A stretch of DNA of 62,876 nucleotides, the filler included, from Nemertoderma westbladi (taxonomy: Eukaryota; Animalia; Xenacoelomorpha): the NCBI GenBank assembly GCA_032718475.1. It is 3 parts of 3 records of this genome, joined end to end, with 100 filler letters (N's around TTAATTAATTAA, not from the genome) between each part and the next. Parts side by side here need not be neighbours in the genome. Positions count along the whole stretch, not along the records: positions 1 to 31,750 come from JAUCBJ010003559.1; 2 more parts are not named here. One strand, 5' to 3'. The position numbers and the translations under genes were made by a program. The first letter of the stretch is position 1, and each line of letters opens with the position of its first letter. The notes beneath the pieces are model-generated. The model did not search any database and was not told the DNA's origin. It saw nothing but the letters and a program-made list of their open reading frames with translations. Below are positions 1-11,346 of this stretch, in pieces.

Positions 1-254
1 CAGTCATTAGTCAAAGTCAAGTTATCAATAATTTAAACAAAAAAAATAACACCATAAATTGCATTAATTTACCCAGTTCTGAATAATATTTTTAATTTCT
101 ATAAATCCGATATAAAATTTGTGAGTATACAATAGAACGGTCTAAGTAATAATACAGAGGTCCCCTAATTAAATATTAATTAATTTTAAATCGGAATAAA
201 AACAATGATTTAATAATAACAATATTTGGCACAAAAATACAGAGAAAGTAACAT

Positions 255-1175
255 CACAACACACTACATAGCTTCCATAGCAACACAACACACTACATAG
301 CTTCCATAGCAACACAACACACTATATAGCTTCCATAGCAACACAACACACTACATAGCTTCCATAGCAACACAACACACTACATTGCTTCCATAGCAAC
401 ACAACACACTACATAGCTTCCATAGCAACACAACACACTACATAGCTTCCATAGCAACACAACACACTACATAGCTTCCATAGCAACACAACACACTACA
501 TAGCTTCCATAGCAACACAACACACTACATAGCTTCCATAGCAACACAACACACTACATAGCTTCCATAGCAACACAACACACTACATAGCTTCCATAGC
601 AACACAACACACTACATAGCTTCCATAGCAACACAATACACTACATAGCTTCCATAGCAACACAATACACTACATAGCTTCCATAGCAACACAACACACT
701 ACATAGCTTCCATAGCAACACAACACACTACATAGCTTCCATAGCAACACAACACACTACATAGCTTCCATAGCAACACAATACACTACATAGCTTCCAT
801 AGCAACACAACACACTACATAGCTTCCATAGCAACACAACACACTACATAGCTTCCATAGCAACACAACACACTACATAGCTTCCATAGCAACACAACAC
901 ACTACATAGCTTCCATAGCAACACAACACACTACATAGCTTCCATAGCAACACAACACACTACATAGCTTCCATAGCAACACAACACACTACATAGCTTC
1001 CATAGCAACACAACACACTACATAGCTTCCATAGCAACACAACACACTACATAGCTTCCATAGCAACACAACACACTACATAGCTTCCATAGCAACACAA
1101 CACTCTGCATAGCTTCCATAGCAACACAACACACTACATAGCTTCCATAGCAACACAATACACTACATAGCTTCC
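255..1175. repeat. 29-bp minisatellite (CACAACACACTACATAGCTTCCATAGCAA), ~31 copies
   Basis: Direct head-to-tail repeats with period 29, a few point variants and no spacers. Confidence 0.97.
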
Positions 1176-1625
1176 CCTTGTATAACCGAATAGAAACTAT
1201 AATAATAATTTAATTAATAAATAAATACGTAACAGGTATAATAATTTCATTACATTGTAATAAAGATAGACATGATTGAGACAATATATACACTTAAACA
1301 ATCAAGATACCAGGTTGTTATATAAGTCGATATTATAGACTGAAACAGAAGATTTTAAGACAATTTTAGTCTGACAATGAAAAAACTTAAAACAGGAAAT
1401 ATGGACCATTAGATATAAGACAAACAGTATATATATGTAATAAATGTATTGTACGTAACACAGACACCAAGCAGTGAGCAAGCACTATAGTTAAGCAAAG
1501 CAAAATTATGCTCCAATTCAACGGGTGTAAATACAATTAGTTTAAATTATTCTTTGGACCATGTACTCCATAAGATGTATAAAAATATAATGGGCTAGTT
1601 GAACTAGCTTGTGAAATATACTACC

Positions 1626-3078
1626 GGGTCGTTTGCACAAAAAGTGGCCATATTCAAGATTAAAAATATTTTTTCGCCAACCCTATCAAATCATACATAT
1701 TTCGAAAGCCCTTAGCGTGCTGATTTCAAATTTCATAGTGGTTCATTTTTTCTACCAATAGTAAAAATGTTATGGACGAAAAACGTATGTCTCGTCGGTA
1801 TCGCTTTGTCTCATATCAATTTCCTTGTTTAAACATGCGTTACGTTGTAGACATGTCTCGTCTGTAACGAAAGTGTAACGGGGCAATTCCATCGTTACGG
1901 ACTCACATTCATACGCAATTTTCGAATTTAACCAGAAATGTGAGTATTAGACGTACGAGACAGAATTAAAGGATTAAACGGGCGCAATGAAGAATGTCGT
2001 ACATTAGGATGATGTATGAATGAATACGTTCGAATGTACTGTCGATGGACAATTGTCAGACTAATAGGAGCTGAATACTTTCAGTTTATATAGTGAATAA
2101 TGTATACAAAGCAGAATGATTCTTACCTAACCTACCGCGTGGTGAGTCCGTAACGGAAAATTTGTGAGTCCGTAACGCTGTTCTTAAACGTTTCAGCTGC
2201 AATACAGAACATACTGTAGATACCTAATGGATGGTTTTGATTGGTTGTAAACCCAAAGGAAAATGATTGTCAGTGCAATACACATGCGGGGTGCACTCCA
2301 AATTAAAATTTAAGTACTTTTCGTTACGGACTCACATAAACGTTAACGTGAAAGCTTGACCTTGTATATATCATTAGATAGCGCTTTCAGAAGCGGTATA
2401 AATAAACTTTACATAAGTAAATCGTAAATAGTAAAAATATTAAGTAAGTAAATAGTTAGAGCAAAAATAGAGGCGTTACATGATGGACATTTCCAATGAC
2501 GTTAAAATTTGGGCATAATTTCGGCGTTCATTCGTATGTATGGATAGCCAATAAAATTATCTTTCGGAAAATACCTACCTTGAAACAAACACATTTCACA
2601 ATAAAAAGTTATGTTTCAAAAACGACCGTTACAACACCTAAAAAAATTATAAAAACGAACATGTAGCATTTTTCATTCCTCAAAAAACAAAACTATAAAG
2701 AAGTGTACCCCAGTACCCAAGTGTACCCCAGTAACGACTAGTACTGGATTGTAGATCATGAAATAAGCTTTTAGCTGATATATAGTTTACTGGAAGTATC
2801 TCTTACTGACATTTGGTTATGATCGTTTGTATCTCAAAAACATAGCATCGGACTTTGCATCATATGTCCATTTCGTGCTTGTAATCCAAGGAAAATATAT
2901 GTAAAATTCACCTCAATTGCTTAAAACCAAAGCCACAAAATGGGCGAAAATTCGCTCTATAGAAATATATATAGGTTTATATTGTTTGGGTTATTTTCTG
3001 CTGAGTTATGGCTCATGGAATGGCGAAATTACGTCTGACACTGACAATAATTGTGGCCACTTTTTGCGTAATCGAACC
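1626..3078. mobile_element. Non-autonomous DNA transposon with 4-bp TSD (Sola2-like, tentative)
   Basis: Imperfect ~25-bp TIRs: GGGTCGTTTGCACAAAAAGTGGCCA versus right-end reverse complement GGTTCGATTACGCAAAAAGTGGCCA. TACC on both flanks (1622-1625, 3079-3082). Internal GTTACGGACTCAC motifs in both orientations. No transposase ORF. Confidence 0.6.
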
Positions 3079-3450
3079 TACCATTGGCCCTTGACTTATT
3101 AACAATGTGCTAATTAGCTCACATTGAGTTCTAATAACTAAATGAACAACACCAACTCAATAATCCCGCCCTTTATTATGCTAGACAATAAAATAATAAT
3201 ATAATCAAGTATCACTATTTAGACAAATACCCCTGTACAGTATCTGAAACTTAAAATAGCAGATAAAGATAGATTTTCCAATAATTAAAATTATGAAAAT
3301 GAAGTATATAATTGAAATAAATTCATCAACCCAGGAATGTATAAATTAAAAACAATGAATACGGAATGTGTGACAAGGGACAGCGGGTGAGCCAAAGCAA
3401 ATAATAGTTAATATAATGGAATGTTAATAAATTCTAAGAAAATACCTGTT

Positions 3451-3745
3451 TCCATGCTGGGCTCCCATTCATTATCGACGTCGTACTGGTGAGGACACCA
3501 AATCTCAGAATGGCACATACACAAGAATGCTAGGCCGGGTTTGCTGTTTCAATTTGAATGTAAACATCTCCAACCAGTTCCCTCAGCAGTGGATGGGTTT
3601 CTTTGGTCCCCAAAGCTTAAAACTTGAACAGCGCCGCCTCCACTTTGTAGAGCATTGCTTTCCCCATAATAACCAGCCAAATCCAACATGTGATTTGGCT
3701 GCCTCACGGAGTAGAATTACCATGATAGAAAGCTTACAGACACTA
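3451..3745 (+). mobile_element. Degenerate fragment of the same RTE LINE family as 38675-39761
   Basis: Collinear matches to the RT 3' region of the 38.7-kb copy, e.g. TGAGGACACCAAATCTC...ATGGCACA...ACAAGAATGCTA...CATCTCCAACCAG...CGCCTCC. Confidence 0.75.
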
Positions 3746-4175
3746 TAGACGTCAAAATTAGGATAATATTACGAAAGTCATGAGTAACCGTATCGCGTTG
3801 TGGCGTCGCAATTATATTGACAAGCCGGCATAGCATTCTTAATATATAATGCAGCATTCCAAGTAGGGTACCAGACGATCGTTAGTTGCTTTGGGATATT
3901 CGTTAATGCAGCAATGCTTAACTATACAAAACAATTTAATGTGAAAATAATCAATAAATATAATATATGCAACAAACATATAGAGATAACAATTGGAAAA
4001 CATTAACGGAAACGAACAATCAAAAGGAATGGACCGGCCAATAGGTGGTAAATAAGGACGACACTTAGCGGCCGGTGCGTTTATTGGTTTCCATAGATAC
4101 TAAGAGGTTTATAACTGCCTCTTAGCGGTTCGTTTCAGCACTGCACTCACACCCGTTTCTATTAAGCAAAGATTG

Positions 4176-4247
4176 TCAGCACCCGCAACCAGAACTTTCG
4201 GTTTTCCCGTCTAGTTTCAATCGTTGATCGCAATTATCTATGGGTTC
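4176..4247 (-). CDS. RAB3: Rab3, last coding exon (EPIDNCDQRLKLDGKTESSGCGC*)
   Basis: Acceptor tttccatAG. Phase 0, compatible with the previous exon. Ends in the CXC geranylgeranylation motif typical of Rab3. Confidence 0.85.
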   Translation of the reverse strand, partial: EPIDNCDQRLKLDGKTESSGCGC

Positions 4248-4859
4248 CTATGGAAACAAAATTAATTAATAAGTGTAATCAGCCGGAACAATATTATTGG
4301 AGGAGGCAAGGAGCTCTCGTTCTAGAATACTGATATATTCAGAATCAGGGTATATTCCTAATTAAATAATCTACTGCGCCCAAGGCGTTCTAGAACCACT
4401 GTAGTTCTAGAACGTACCACGTTTGACTGTACCACAATATTTTACAACTCTGTGGAGGAACTAGACCCACACCCACGTGTGGGTCAGAGACGAGAGTTTA
4501 GCTGAGAGGCGCGGCCACATTACTCAGCTCAGTTGATCAAACTACAGTTTAAATATAATCATAATAATTATTCTGGCACTTTTTGTCTTAAACATTTTTC
4601 AATATGATTACGTCAGTGATATGGGAAGAAAACGCACTACAACGATACTAGTGCCGACGCCTAATTATGTTATAGAGGCGTCACAGTGTCAAGGTGTAGG
4701 GGTTGAGACCGCATGCAGCAGTCTTGCTAGCCAAAAATATACGTGTAGTAATAACAGCTTAAAATACTATTAGTTATCAGTTATAACATAAATAGTGTAA
4801 GTTAACAGTTATAACTTAAAGGCTACCAATTAAAGTCATCCCAAAATTGATGAAAATTT

Positions 4860-5295
4860 CACCAAAAATAATTATTTTACACCAAATTAAATAATTTGAC
4901 CCCAAAAAAAATAATTCAAACACCAAAACAAATTTATCAACACCAAAAACAATTATTCAATACGAAAATAAATGACAAAACCCCCAAAATAAATACAAAT
5001 TTTCCCAAAAAAAAATACATTTCCCCCAAAACAAATACATTTTCCCCCCAAACCAAAAACATTTTCCCCCAAAACAAATACATTTTCCCCCAAAACAAAT
5101 ACATTTTCGCCCAAAACAAATACATTTTCGCCCAAAATAAATACATTTTCCCCCAAAACAAATAAATTATCCCCTAAAATAAAAATACATTTTCCCCCAA
5201 AACAAATACATAATCCCCTAAAATAAAAATACATTTTCCCCCAAAACAAATACATTTTTGCCCAAAATAAATACATATTCCCCCAAAATAAATAC
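4860..5295. repeat. ~22-23-bp degenerate minisatellite (AAACAAATACATTTTCCCCCAA)
   Basis: Tandem repeats visible directly; they generate the low-complexity ORFs in the track. Confidence 0.9.
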
Positions 5296-5344
5296 TACTG
5301 CAGCAATAAGCCTAGCACTTCCTGGAATTTAGATAAAAACTTCG

Positions 5345-5601
5345 AGACAGGGGGGGGGAAACTGGACACAAAACCCCCCTTGGCGAATTAATATCCCGCC
5401 TCAATGTTAAATTCTCAATTTAGGGAAAGGAGCAGGTTACAGTGGCACGTTATTTTAACCAAAACAATAAACTAAACACAATATAACAGGTTACAGTTTT
5501 ATTGTTGAGAGTAATAAGCTGTTATTTGCGTCCAATTTCCCCAGGAGAGGGATTAATTTTTATTGCGTCCAGTTTCCCCCCCCCCCCCCCCCCCCCTATC
5601 T
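5345..5601. mobile_element. MITE-like element with poly-G/poly-C-containing TIRs
   Basis: AGACAGGG..AAACTGGACACAA versus TTGCGTCCAGTTTCCC..CCTATCT. A second homologous copy lies at ~16772-17175. Confidence 0.6.
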
Positions 5602-5782
5602 GAAAACTTGCCGTAATACAATAAGTAACAGAAAAAACGGAATAAGTAACAGAATAATAACAAATAAAGTAATAGGCCATAGGCAATAAGCCTATCGGTA
5701 CGAATACTGAACTGAAACTGAAGTAGGCCTAATACTGTAGGTAGGCCTACATCGGTACAAAATCTAATAACAAAATACGTTC

Positions 5783-6615
5783 GTGGGGCGCAGCACGTGA
5801 GGCTCAGTTATGAAATACAAATTAAAATTGAGCGATTCTATAAAAATTGGTATTTATGAAAGTTAACCAAACCGCCAATAAATAAAAAAAGAGGGGAAAG
5901 CCTCCCCTTAATCTGCACCACCAACCACCAACCCAAAGGCGCATAGAGGAGTGATGGCAGAGAGGTATTGATAAAGAATTGGTGTTTTATATTTTCATAT
6001 AATATACGTCTTAACGATTAATACTCACTACTCAGCCAATCATTTTGAGAGATAAACAATAAGCAAGTGGACTTATTAGTCTGGCTCCTTATACTGCTGC
6101 CTATAGGTCCCTCCTTATACGTAATTACCTATTGCTCGAGTAGTGCAGTGCTTAGGTGGGACTGGTTCCCAGCTAGGCGATACCACTGGGCACGCCATGG
6201 AATGAGGGAGCTGGAAGTATAGAGTGACAGGTATTTTAATAACTTAATTACGTTTAGATCAATTAAAAACACATTTCTTAAAGCAAATCACTTGAACTAA
6301 TTAAAAACTATAATGGAATGGGGTATGTGGATGACAGCTGTAAAATTTTTAAGTAAAATTATTGAAATCTTATACTAGAAAATAATTAATTCCCATTAAA
6401 GGGCTGCAGAAAAATGCTGTTTTTTACCGTAATCAACTTAATTAACTAATTATCCGGCTTTTATCTTAGCTCCTTGAAGGCCACACGCAAATTCATTTGG
6501 ATAAATATCATCGAGATTTGGCAGAAATTTTAACTTTTAAAATTGTACCCGACAGAACAACGGGACGACAGACACACCGTATGATAAGCTCGGTTACTTT
6601 CGTGGCTCGCCCCAC
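5783..6615. mobile_element. Interspersed repeat bounded by GTGGGGCG...CGCCCCAC inverted ends (Helentron/HINE-like, tentative)
   Basis: Left GTGGGGCGCAGCACG, right CGTGGCTCGCCCCAC. The CTCGCCCC motif recurs elsewhere (~15950 reversed, 35927, 51565-52063). Confidence 0.35.
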
Positions 6616-7179
6616 ATTAGCTGACTACTCAGATATACAAACAGGGCTGGTTGTCGACCTGGTCTAACATGGGAACGTGAATCGGCGTTGTTTCCTACGA
6701 GTGTCAGAGTGGAGCGCTAATGGATGTCAAATATATCCTACAGCAAACTAATCGCGAACAGCTGCAACTCGGAATATAAGTGGAAAATAATAAATCCATA
6801 ATCCCATTGGACCGACTTAGCTCTCATATATATCTGTATCATTTCGCCATTGCAACCCTCGGTTCGCTTATATCTGGGAGGCAGGTGGCAATTATGAATT
6901 TTGATACAGCAATAAATATTAATGAGTTCCGAACCAGAGACAATATCACATAGGTAAGGCGAGGCACTTAAACCACTAACACCGCAAAATTAATACAAAG
7001 ATATTAAAGTTAATCCAAAGAAATGAACTGCGGGATAAAAGGTAGATATTTATTAGGAGACGAAGGCGACGAAGTACCGGTTCAGACGTATACGCAACGC
7101 ACTAGATGGCTAATTGACTCAAAGTTGAGTCAAAGACAAAACAGAAATAGTTATTAGACGACTACGAGATAACCACATT

Positions 7180-7585
7180 GCCCTGGCCTGGAGTAAAGCG
7201 CCAGACATTGACAACAATAAGGTCGTGTGTTCGAGCCCTAGTAGGCGATTTCGTTAAAGTGTTCTAAAGGTTTAGGCTACCCAGCTGTAATGGGAACCTG
7301 GCGCTGACAGGGATGGGGGTTGGGGGGGATAAAGGTTTGATTATGAGAGTATTCGACTTAGGGAGTTAGTGTGGCACAGACGCACTCCCTGTAACAGCCA
7401 GAGGAGAGAGAAGCCTTAGGGTTACCTTCGCATATCTTACTAAACATAAACTGTGAAATGAGTTACTGTATAAGAATATGGAGGGAGAATAATATTGTAT
7501 TGATTCTTGGCAATATGGAAGGAAATATAATAGTTTATTGTATGGCCGCTTTATCCCCAAAGGACTTTATAAAATACTGCCCATC
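7180..7585 (+). mobile_element. tRNA-derived SINE (degenerate)
   Basis: A-box-like TGGCCTGGAGTAAAGCG, B-box-like GTGTTCGAGCC, and a central CCCAGCTGTAATGGGAACCTGG resembling conserved metazoan SINE core motifs. Confidence 0.45.
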
Positions 7586-8130
7586 AGCCTAAATATGGCG
7601 GAAGCAATGGTGATAGGTATGATTGGGGCGCTAATCTAGGCGTTGCAACTAAATAGCACTGGAGGAAGCTACCATCGTAAATATATGACAACAGGTTACC
7701 AACGCGTTGTTAAGTATCAATGGTTAGATCCAGCGGTCGGATAATCAGCAGTAATTACCTAAGAGTAAAACCGTCCGAAATAATCTCATGAGACGACGAC
7801 GGGTTATTTATAGCTGTCATAGCAACCGGCCTAGCTGGCTCACGCGTACGCGAATTTCCTGTAGCCGGGAAAGATGGCTTATGGAAACATTAAGTAGGTC
7901 GGATGGGGAAGCAGTCGGAATATATAACAGGAGGTTGGTTACGAATCCTCACTAAATCGACTTCTTTATAGTTTCTATGTCTGGAGGTGACTGACTTGTA
8001 ATAATGTGCATAATGCTGGATAATAAGGATTAACCTACAATGTAACGGAAAAAAAAACTAAAATAAAAATATACGATTTAAGCAAACTGTTGGAACATAA
8101 TCGTATTAATAGCTAAAGCAGACAACTTAC

Positions 8131-8312
8131 AGGATCGAATGGTCCTGACATTTGATCAAATATAGAATCTATTAGACTAGTGAATACATCTTGTACATTA
8201 ACATCGTCTCTCGCACTCGTTTCAAAGAAAGATACGTTCAGTTGTTCAGCTAGTTGTTCTCCCCGTTGCTTAGATACCCGTCTCTCGTCATCCATATCGC
8301 ATTTATTCCCAA
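8131..8312 (-). CDS. RAB3: Rab3 coding exon (VGNKCDMDDERRV...FFETSAR...GPFDP)
   Basis: G4 NKCD and G5 ETSA motifs. Acceptor tttcAG and canonical donor GTAAGT at 8125-8130. Phase 1 in, phase 0 out. Confidence 0.93.
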
Positions 8313-8409
8313 CTGAAACGGATTTAACATTAATTAACTTAGCTATAAACCTCCCGCGATTAACGTACTAAATTTTTTCAGTTATTTTTACCCTTAAAAC
8401 GCCATAAGG

Positions 8410-9111
8410 GGTGAACCACTCTGGTGAACCACTCCGGTGAACCACTCAGGTGAACCACTCAGGTGAACCACTCAGGTGAACCACTCAGGTGAACCACACA
8501 GGTGAACCACTCAGGTGAACCACTCCGGTGAACCACTCAGGTGAACCACTCAGGTGAACCACTCAGGTGAACCACTCAGGTGAACCACTCAGGTGAACCA
8601 CTCAGGTGAACCACTCAGGTGAACCACTCAGGTGAACCACTCAGGTGAACCACTCAGGTGAACCACTCAGGTGAACCACTCAGGTGAACCACTCAGGTGA
8701 ACCACTCAGGTGAACCACTCAGGTGAACCACTCAGGTGAACCACTCAGGTGAACCACTCAGGTGAACCACTCAGGTGAACCACTCTGGTGAACCACTCAG
8801 GTGAACCACTCAGGTGAACCACTTAGGTGAACCACTCAGGTGAACCACTCAGGTGAACCACTCTGGTGAACCACTCCGGTGAACCACTCAGGTGAACCAC
8901 TCAGGTGAACCACTCAGGTGAACCACTCAGGTGAACCACTCCGGTGAACCACTCAGGTGAACCACTCAGGTGAACCACTCAGGTGAACCACTCTGGTGAA
9001 CCACTCCGGTGAACCATTCAGGTGAACCACTCAGGTGAACCACTCAGGTGAACCACTCAGGTGGACCACTCAGGTGAACCACTCAGGTGAACCACTCAGG
9101 TGAACCACTCA
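8410..9111. repeat. 13-bp minisatellite (GGTGAACCACTCA), ~54 copies, in a Rab3 intron
   Basis: Direct tandem repeats with period 13. Confidence 0.97.
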
Positions 9112-9766
9112 AGTCCAAGTGACTCTTACCGTGAATGTTTGAACGTCAATGAAATGGAACCAAACTTGGTTGACATTTATGAGTCTATCAAAAGTTTAGA
9201 AATTCTACACAGAGACAGTTTGCCATAGTTCCTAAGTCGGTCGCTTGGGGGCGAATGACGAGGTCATCTAATTGCAACTGTGTGCACTAACTAACAGCAC
9301 TTACGCGTGCAGCAAGAACTCACGTACATGTTTAACTGCCAACTCAACCCAGGTTAAAAAAATGTTTGAATTTATACAATTTATTATATGAATGTCAAAA
9401 CATATAAAAATAGTTGAAAATAATTACATAATACAGTAGGAAAAAATGTGTCAGTCAAAATTATTGCATACAAGCAATAATTAACATTTACTAAAATAAT
9501 AGAAAATTCAATAATTACGACTGCATTGAATGTCTAAGATAATCAAATCAACAATGGTCAATACAGTACTCCATTTGTAGAACCGTGTCGTGATTTAATG
9601 TCTATAGTGTGAACAATTGCGACACATACGAATACGGGTTTGGTGAATTAATAAATACGCCTAAGTCATAAGCCATAAATACTGCCCCTAGCTAGATAGG
9701 TCGCCACTCCATTGGTAATTAGTTAAACAAGTGAATTAATTGATAAGGAACTCGTATGAAACTCAC

Positions 9767-9915
9767 CGAGAACTACCTGTGCGTTATCCCAAGAGAAGGT
9801 TTTAATTTGTTGGACCCAATCCTGCACTGTGTTGTATGACTCTTCATTGGTGATATCGTACATTAGTATAAAACCCATCGCACCGCGGTAGTAAGCAGTT
9901 GTTATGGTGCGATAT
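9767..9915 (-). CDS. RAB3: Rab3 coding exon ([50 protein letters not shown])
   Basis: Rab3-diagnostic [10 protein letters not shown] and SWDNAQV. Acceptor ttacAG, donor GTGAGT. 149 bp, with phases compatible on both sides. Not in the ORF track. Confidence 0.96.
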
Positions 9916-10539
9916 CTGTAACAAAATCAACTATATTGCTCTCCTATTGCTTATCCTACAAAATCAATGGTAAGGTTAATGTTAAGTTCTGTACGACGGG
10001 CCCGTACGATATGACCCACCGTGCCGAACCACGTATGATGGAGACGGTAAGGGTTGGTGCCGGTGGGAGTAGGACTTATTGATAGATTTATTACCATTAA
10101 TCGTACATACTCCCACTAATATATAGTCCTACTTAGTCTTAGTTTGGCGGCTATTTTTGATTATGACGTTAACAATTCCCAAGTAAGTCATGGCGACACA
10201 GACCTGGGTTATAAGAGACTTGACCTATAGAATCAAAATCAGCAATAAAAAAACGTTATCTGACAAATTAATCTCCAGCTAAAACATGGGGTTTAGCCCT
10301 CGGACTAACAGACCAGAAGCACTTTGGAAGGCAATCGAACACAGAAAATAAAACAATAAAATAGTAGCAACATTTACAAAGTTTTAAAATTCGCAATTTT
10401 AAAAACGTTCTAAAAATTAACTCATACTTAATCACCTCTTCGGTAATTCGAGAGATTCCTAAAAGTTGCCAATATGTAGTAAAATGTTTACCCGCGTACA
10501 CAGTATGTTAACTGATTGAAATAAACGGGTTTACTTTAC

Positions 10540-10665
10540 CTTTCTTGGCCCGCCGTGTCCCATATTTGTAGTTTAACCCTCTTATCACCTCGATCTACCG
10601 TTTTTACTTTAAAGTCAATGCCGACGGTGCTAACGAATGCTGAAGAGAACGTCGAGTCCGCATAT
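10540..10665 (-). CDS. RAB3: Rab3 coding exon ([43 protein letters not shown])
   Basis: Switch [12 protein letters not shown] and G3 WDTAGQE. Acceptor tttgtAG, donor GTAAAG. 126 bp, phase 2-2. Confidence 0.96.
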
Positions 10666-11346
10666 CTACAAAACAAATAGTAATTTATTATTAAAGATCA
10701 TTATATTAATATTCACAGATTTACAGTGCCGGATTAAGCCTCTGGTGGCCCTAAGGCACATTTTAGTAATTTCCAAAAATGGCCCGAAAGTTGATATTTT
10801 TCCGCAAACCCTTTCAAAAGAAAAAGCTGCTAAAAACAACTGAAATTGTGAAAATGTTGCGAAGGAAATATAAAGTATTTTCGTTGGATGACTGCGTGCA
10901 AATTAAGTACTAAGTACTATTTTGTGATAGACAAAGTGTAGGAAATCGTTACAAATCGGTTCTAGAAGATCCAAATGGCCATGTTTTACAAACCAATATT
11001 CACGATTGTAGCCCTAAAGATGCTGAACATTTTGGTATATGTTTAATGGAAATTGAATAAAAAATAAAAAAGTAGTAGGGAATTTAGTGATGAAAAAAGT
11101 CAAAATCGACAAACTGATAAAAAGGTTGTTTTATACAGAGAGGCATAAATATCAGCAATATATTATTATATATAATATAAATAAATATATATATTATTGT
11201 TGAAAAGAGCAGTTTTGAGGTCAAAAAATAATTCAATGTTGAAAACAGATATCACCTTTTATAAAAGCCCTTCTATCAAACTACAAGAAAATTTGTAAAT
11301 TTTCGAAAATTTCATTTCTGTGGGTGTTATAGTTAGCCCCCCTTAA

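Noticed and set aside
255-1175. 29-bp repeats as a CRISPR array
   Set aside because: Head-to-tail with no unique spacers, no cas genes, and a eukaryotic context.
4896-5276. ORFs of 74-107 aa
   Set aside because: Translations of a minisatellite, open on both strands.
8113-8130. Rab C-terminus VSCLL* suggested by the ORF track
   Set aside because: Read-through of a canonical GTAAGT donor. The in-phase exon at 4176-4247 supplies a proper CXC end.
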